Assembly (NCBI GenBank): GCA_977862235.1
Contig: OZ374561.1
Span: 1,488,001 to 1,552,000 of the forward strand
Length of the DNA: 64,000 bases
Direction: 5' to 3'
Source: Dudresnaya verticillata
Taxonomy: Eukaryota
Shown here one piece after another: positions 60,930 through 64,000 of the stretch (position 1 is the first letter of the stretch; each line of letters starts with the position of its first letter). The position numbers and the translations under genes were made by a program. The notes beneath the pieces were generated by a model that saw only the letters and a program-made list of their open reading frames with translations, was not told the DNA's origin and ran no database searches.

Positions 60930-63900
60930 TGTAGTGCAAACGTCGATGACGAAACACCGCCGAGCAGTTCGGAGCTCGGTGGGTAGCGACGCCTGCGGCG
61001 ATGAATGGCCTCGCCGTGGGCGTCTGGTGGTAGAGCGGTTGACTCGACTTGGGCGGACTGTAAACGCCCTTGGCGGAAAAGAAGAACAAAAGAAAACAGA
61101 AAGGGAACACGTCGAGGACGGGTAGAGACGTGGAAGCACGGAGGTAGACGCTTAGCCGTAGGCAGCGGTAGGGTACGCGCGTACTGAACGGGGAAGTCTG
61201 GACCAAGGCCGGCTTGCCGGGGTTTACTGTGTCGTCAGAGACGGATCAACTAAGTATAGAATTACCTAGCGGCGGCGACGCGGATGCACGCGTCACGCGG
61301 GAACTCGGGACACGTGTTGTCCCGAGGCGCGTCTGACAGATCCGTCCGTCATGCAGCCGCGCTCCTGACAGATCACGCGTAGCTTCCCTGCGCGAGTCCT
61401 TACACCTACACGTGGACTACTTCCTTACAGCCGCGTGCGCCTCATGACGCGTGCGATCTTGATTCACGCCAATCCCGATCCAGTCCGGATTCGGGCCAGC
61501 GATGCGGATGCGCCAGGCTTACAGGCGCGTGTCTTACACCCCTTAGTCCCGATGTGGGATCCCGATGTGGGATCCCGATCGGATCCGGATTCGGGCCACG
61601 CTTACAGCGAACATTCCCGCCACTGCGCCATGCGCGTACACGTGGCGCCGTACAGTGGCCGGGTTCAGGCGTGCGGTCTGCACGCCCAGCGAGCCGTTCT
61701 GGCCCGAGTGGCCAGCGGCATGCGTCGGTGACGTGTTTGCGCCGCGCGCGGGTTGAGCGCGCCGTTGGCGGTCGTCCGTCGGTAGACGCTGAATATCAAC
61801 CCGCTTGAAAGCGAAAACGGGGGACCCCCCCTGGCACTACACGACCCCCTCCGAAAACGCAAACACGTCAACCTGCTTCAGCCTGCCTGCTTTCCCGCGC
61901 CTGCGTCTCTTCCAGTGCCGATCACGTCGGTCACCCGCGTCTTCGCGTCTGCGTTTGCCCGCCCTTGGCGTTGGTTGAGCCCCGTCAAAGACGCACGTGC
62001 AGTTTCCCCCGCCCTTGGCGTAGGAACATTTTCCCGTCGAAGATGTGTCGTGACTAACTTCGCCAGTGGCGTGCGTCAAACCCCATCATTGACGTCGCAT
62101 CTGCGCACGCGTGTGTACGCTTATCGCCTAGGGCGTTGCTTTAAGGTCCGCCTTCGGCGTCGTTCAGTCTAGCGTCGTTGACGTGTGTTGTGTGTGCTTC
62201 CGCCTTTGGCGTAGTTGACTCGACTTTGAAGTCCCAGAACCGTCATTGACGCATCGTGTGAGCTCCGCCAGTGGCGTGTGATTACTCAACTTCTTGGACG
62301 TAATGGCACAGTTCAATGGCCTACGAGTGGCTGCGCCTTCGGCGGCGCCGGTGTATCCGTCACCATTCGACTTTGTCGGGAGGACTCCTCGCAACGATGC
62401 GCGCTTCTTCTCGCGGGCCCCCTGGTTCGACCAGGAGGCCCTGCGACATGAGGATCTCATCACCCATTACGCTGTGAGCGGGTTTTTGCCAGGGGAGTTG
62501 CCCCTGGCCGTCGTGTGGACGAACGAATGGCGCCATCGGTGCGCCATTCCGAGGGGCTGGCTGCGTATTGCCGCCGGCCAGACGCGTGCAGATGCACATG
62601 CCCGTTTCGTCGTTGACGTTTATCGGCGGTTTACCCGCTATCCTGGGTCGGTATTGACGCCCACCGTCTTTGAATTTGACGCAGGGCAGTACCGCACAAA
62701 TGGCGAGGTTGGGTATGGGGACCGTCTTGGAGCGTTGTCATTAAGCCATGTGGCTGTTTCGGCTGAGCCGCGGGTGCTTCAGGAGGCTAACCTCCTCGGT
62801 GTACGCTTGAAAGCGGATTTCCGGTACTTGCATAGGACGGGCACCTTCTATTGGGAGCGCTGCGTCCGTTGGGAGTGCGAAACGCGCCGCCGCAAAGGCG
62901 TTTTTGTACCGTATCAAGATACGCAAGTTGATCGCATTGAGCGGGAAAAGTTGCCGCATTGCTTCATTCGCGTCCCGCCGTTGTGGCGGGACTTTGAAGT
63001 CTGCGAGGGCTTTGCGGCTGAATTGCCTCCGTGTGTCACGTATATTGGCTCCGAGTTGCGGACGGACCCGTACTCCCGATGTTGGATCGTGTTTTCCACC
63101 GAGTGGGTTGTCAACGTAACTTACGCATGGATGTGGGAGGTGTATGACACCTTCCGGCTCTATTATGTGCCGCCACGCGTAGTCAGCCTCCTTGGCGGGC
63201 TTGACTTGACCGAAGTGCTGGGCGGTGCCAGGAACTGCCAAGAGTTCTGGGATCTACGCCATGTGGCGGATAAAGTCAACTGGGACGACCCGGCAGCTGT
63301 GCCGCCGGGAAACCGGCGCCGTAAGGCAAACCGTCCGCATTACGCGATGAGTAGGAATCATTCCGCCTGTGGCGATTGGGTATGGTACAACCCTTGGACA
63401 AAACGTCTTATGACGGAGAATATCGCTGAGAGCCACCGTCGTACGGACCGCTTCACGCCAGCGAATCACCCACGTGGATTGCGCAAGAATTGCGACTTTG
63501 CGGGGGATTTCCCACCCCACTTGAGCGCCTTGATGGCGGAGGAGGATGCGTTCCACGCGAACAGCAGGCCGGTTAGCCCGTCTGGGACGGACATCGTTAC
63601 ACCTATGGCGGTTGAGCTTTCTGCGGGAGCGACAGCCCCCGCGACGATTTCGCCAGCGGCGGTAGCACCGTCGGCTGTTGTGCCTGTTGGCTTGCCGTCG
63701 GTTGCGCCGTTGGATCTCTCGGCGCCCTTCAACGACGGTGATGGTGATGCCATCATGGCTGCGCCCGTGGCGAGTCCTGCGCCTGTAGTTACGCCTCAAA
63801 GCGGAGTGTCTAACGTCGCTGACGGTGCGCATCGCCCTTCTGCAGTGCCCGAATGGACTGAGGAGCAGCGCCGCACGGTGCTCGCATTCTTGCGAGCCAC

Positions 63901-64000
63901 CGGTGTCGTCACTGACGGGCCGGGCGGGTCCTCCACGACACCCCTCGGGCACTCGCTGTTGGCTGCCCTGCAGCCCAGCGTTGCTGCGGTGCCGGCGTCG
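60930..64000 (-). mobile_element. 3' end of gypsy element F (B family): 3' LTR 60930-61841, PPT, accessory region; continues beyond window
   Basis: LTR highly similar to 14658-15563; PPT GGAGGGGGTCG at 61842-61852; sequence next to the PPT matches 15680-15726. Confidence 0.88.
62303..64000 (+). CDS. Intact antisense accessory ORF of element F (>=566 codons, 3'-partial; absent from the ORF track because it has no stop in the window)
   Basis: MAQFNGLRVAAPSAAPVYPSPFDF... reads open to the window end; Trp/Tyr/Cys-rich domain then a P/A/S-rich tract. Confidence 0.8.
   Translation, partial: MAQFNGLRVAAPSAAPVYPSPFDFVGRTPRNDARFFSRAPWFDQEALRHEDLITHYAVSGFLPGELPLAVVWTNEWRHRCAIPRGWLRIAAGQTRADAHARFVVDVYRRFTRYPGSVLTPTVFEFDAGQYRTNGEVGYGDRLGALSLSHVAVSAEPRVLQEANLLGVRLKADFRYLHRTGTFYWERCVRWECETRRRKGVFVPYQDTQVDRIEREKLPHCFIRVPPLWRDFEVCEGFAAELPPCVTYIGSELRTDPYSRCWIVFSTEWVVNVTYAWMWEVYDTFRLYYVPPRVVSLLGGLDLTEVLGGARNCQEFWDLRHVADKVNWDDPAAVPPGNRRRKANRPHYAMSRNHSACGDWVWYNPWTKRLMTENIAESHRRTDRFTPANHPRGLRKNCDFAGDFPPHLSALMAEEDAFHANSRPVSPSGTDIVTPMAVELSAGATAPATISPAAVAPSAVVPVGLPSVAPLDLSAPFNDGDGDAIMAAPVASPAPVVTPQSGVSNVADGAHRPSAVPEWTEEQRRTVLAFLRATGVVTDGPGGSSTTPLGHSLLAALQPSVAAVPAS

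Noticed and set aside
63254..63952. 232-aa minus-strand ORF (and 62741-63241)
   Set aside because: Shadow of the long plus-strand ORF starting at 62303

Overview
Eukaryotic nuclear DNA, most likely a macroscopic red alga (inferred from the gene families and compact, intron-poor genes), about three quarters transposon-derived. It holds two nested clusters of chromodomain Ty3/gypsy LTR retrotransposons (1-17493 and 59767-64000), a degenerate Ty1/copia element with both LTRs and a TSD (18949-23897), and a CRE-like RLE non-LTR element with a 15-bp TSD (27526-43172) that is split by a complete gypsy element (31769-42924). Host genes lie between them: a two-exon secreted TIMP-like gene, an APAF1-like NB-ARC pseudogene, a bZIP gene, and an intact, intronless 1639-aa RHS/YD-repeat toxin-like gene divergently paired with an unknown 356-aa ORF across a repeat-rich spacer. 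The most notable observations are (i) this bacterial-type RHS toxin plus partner pair in a eukaryote and (ii) gypsy elements carrying a large antisense ORF between pol and the 3' LTR, one of which is densely seeded with the palindrome YGGCCR. All calls come from reading the sequence by eye; no database searches were run.
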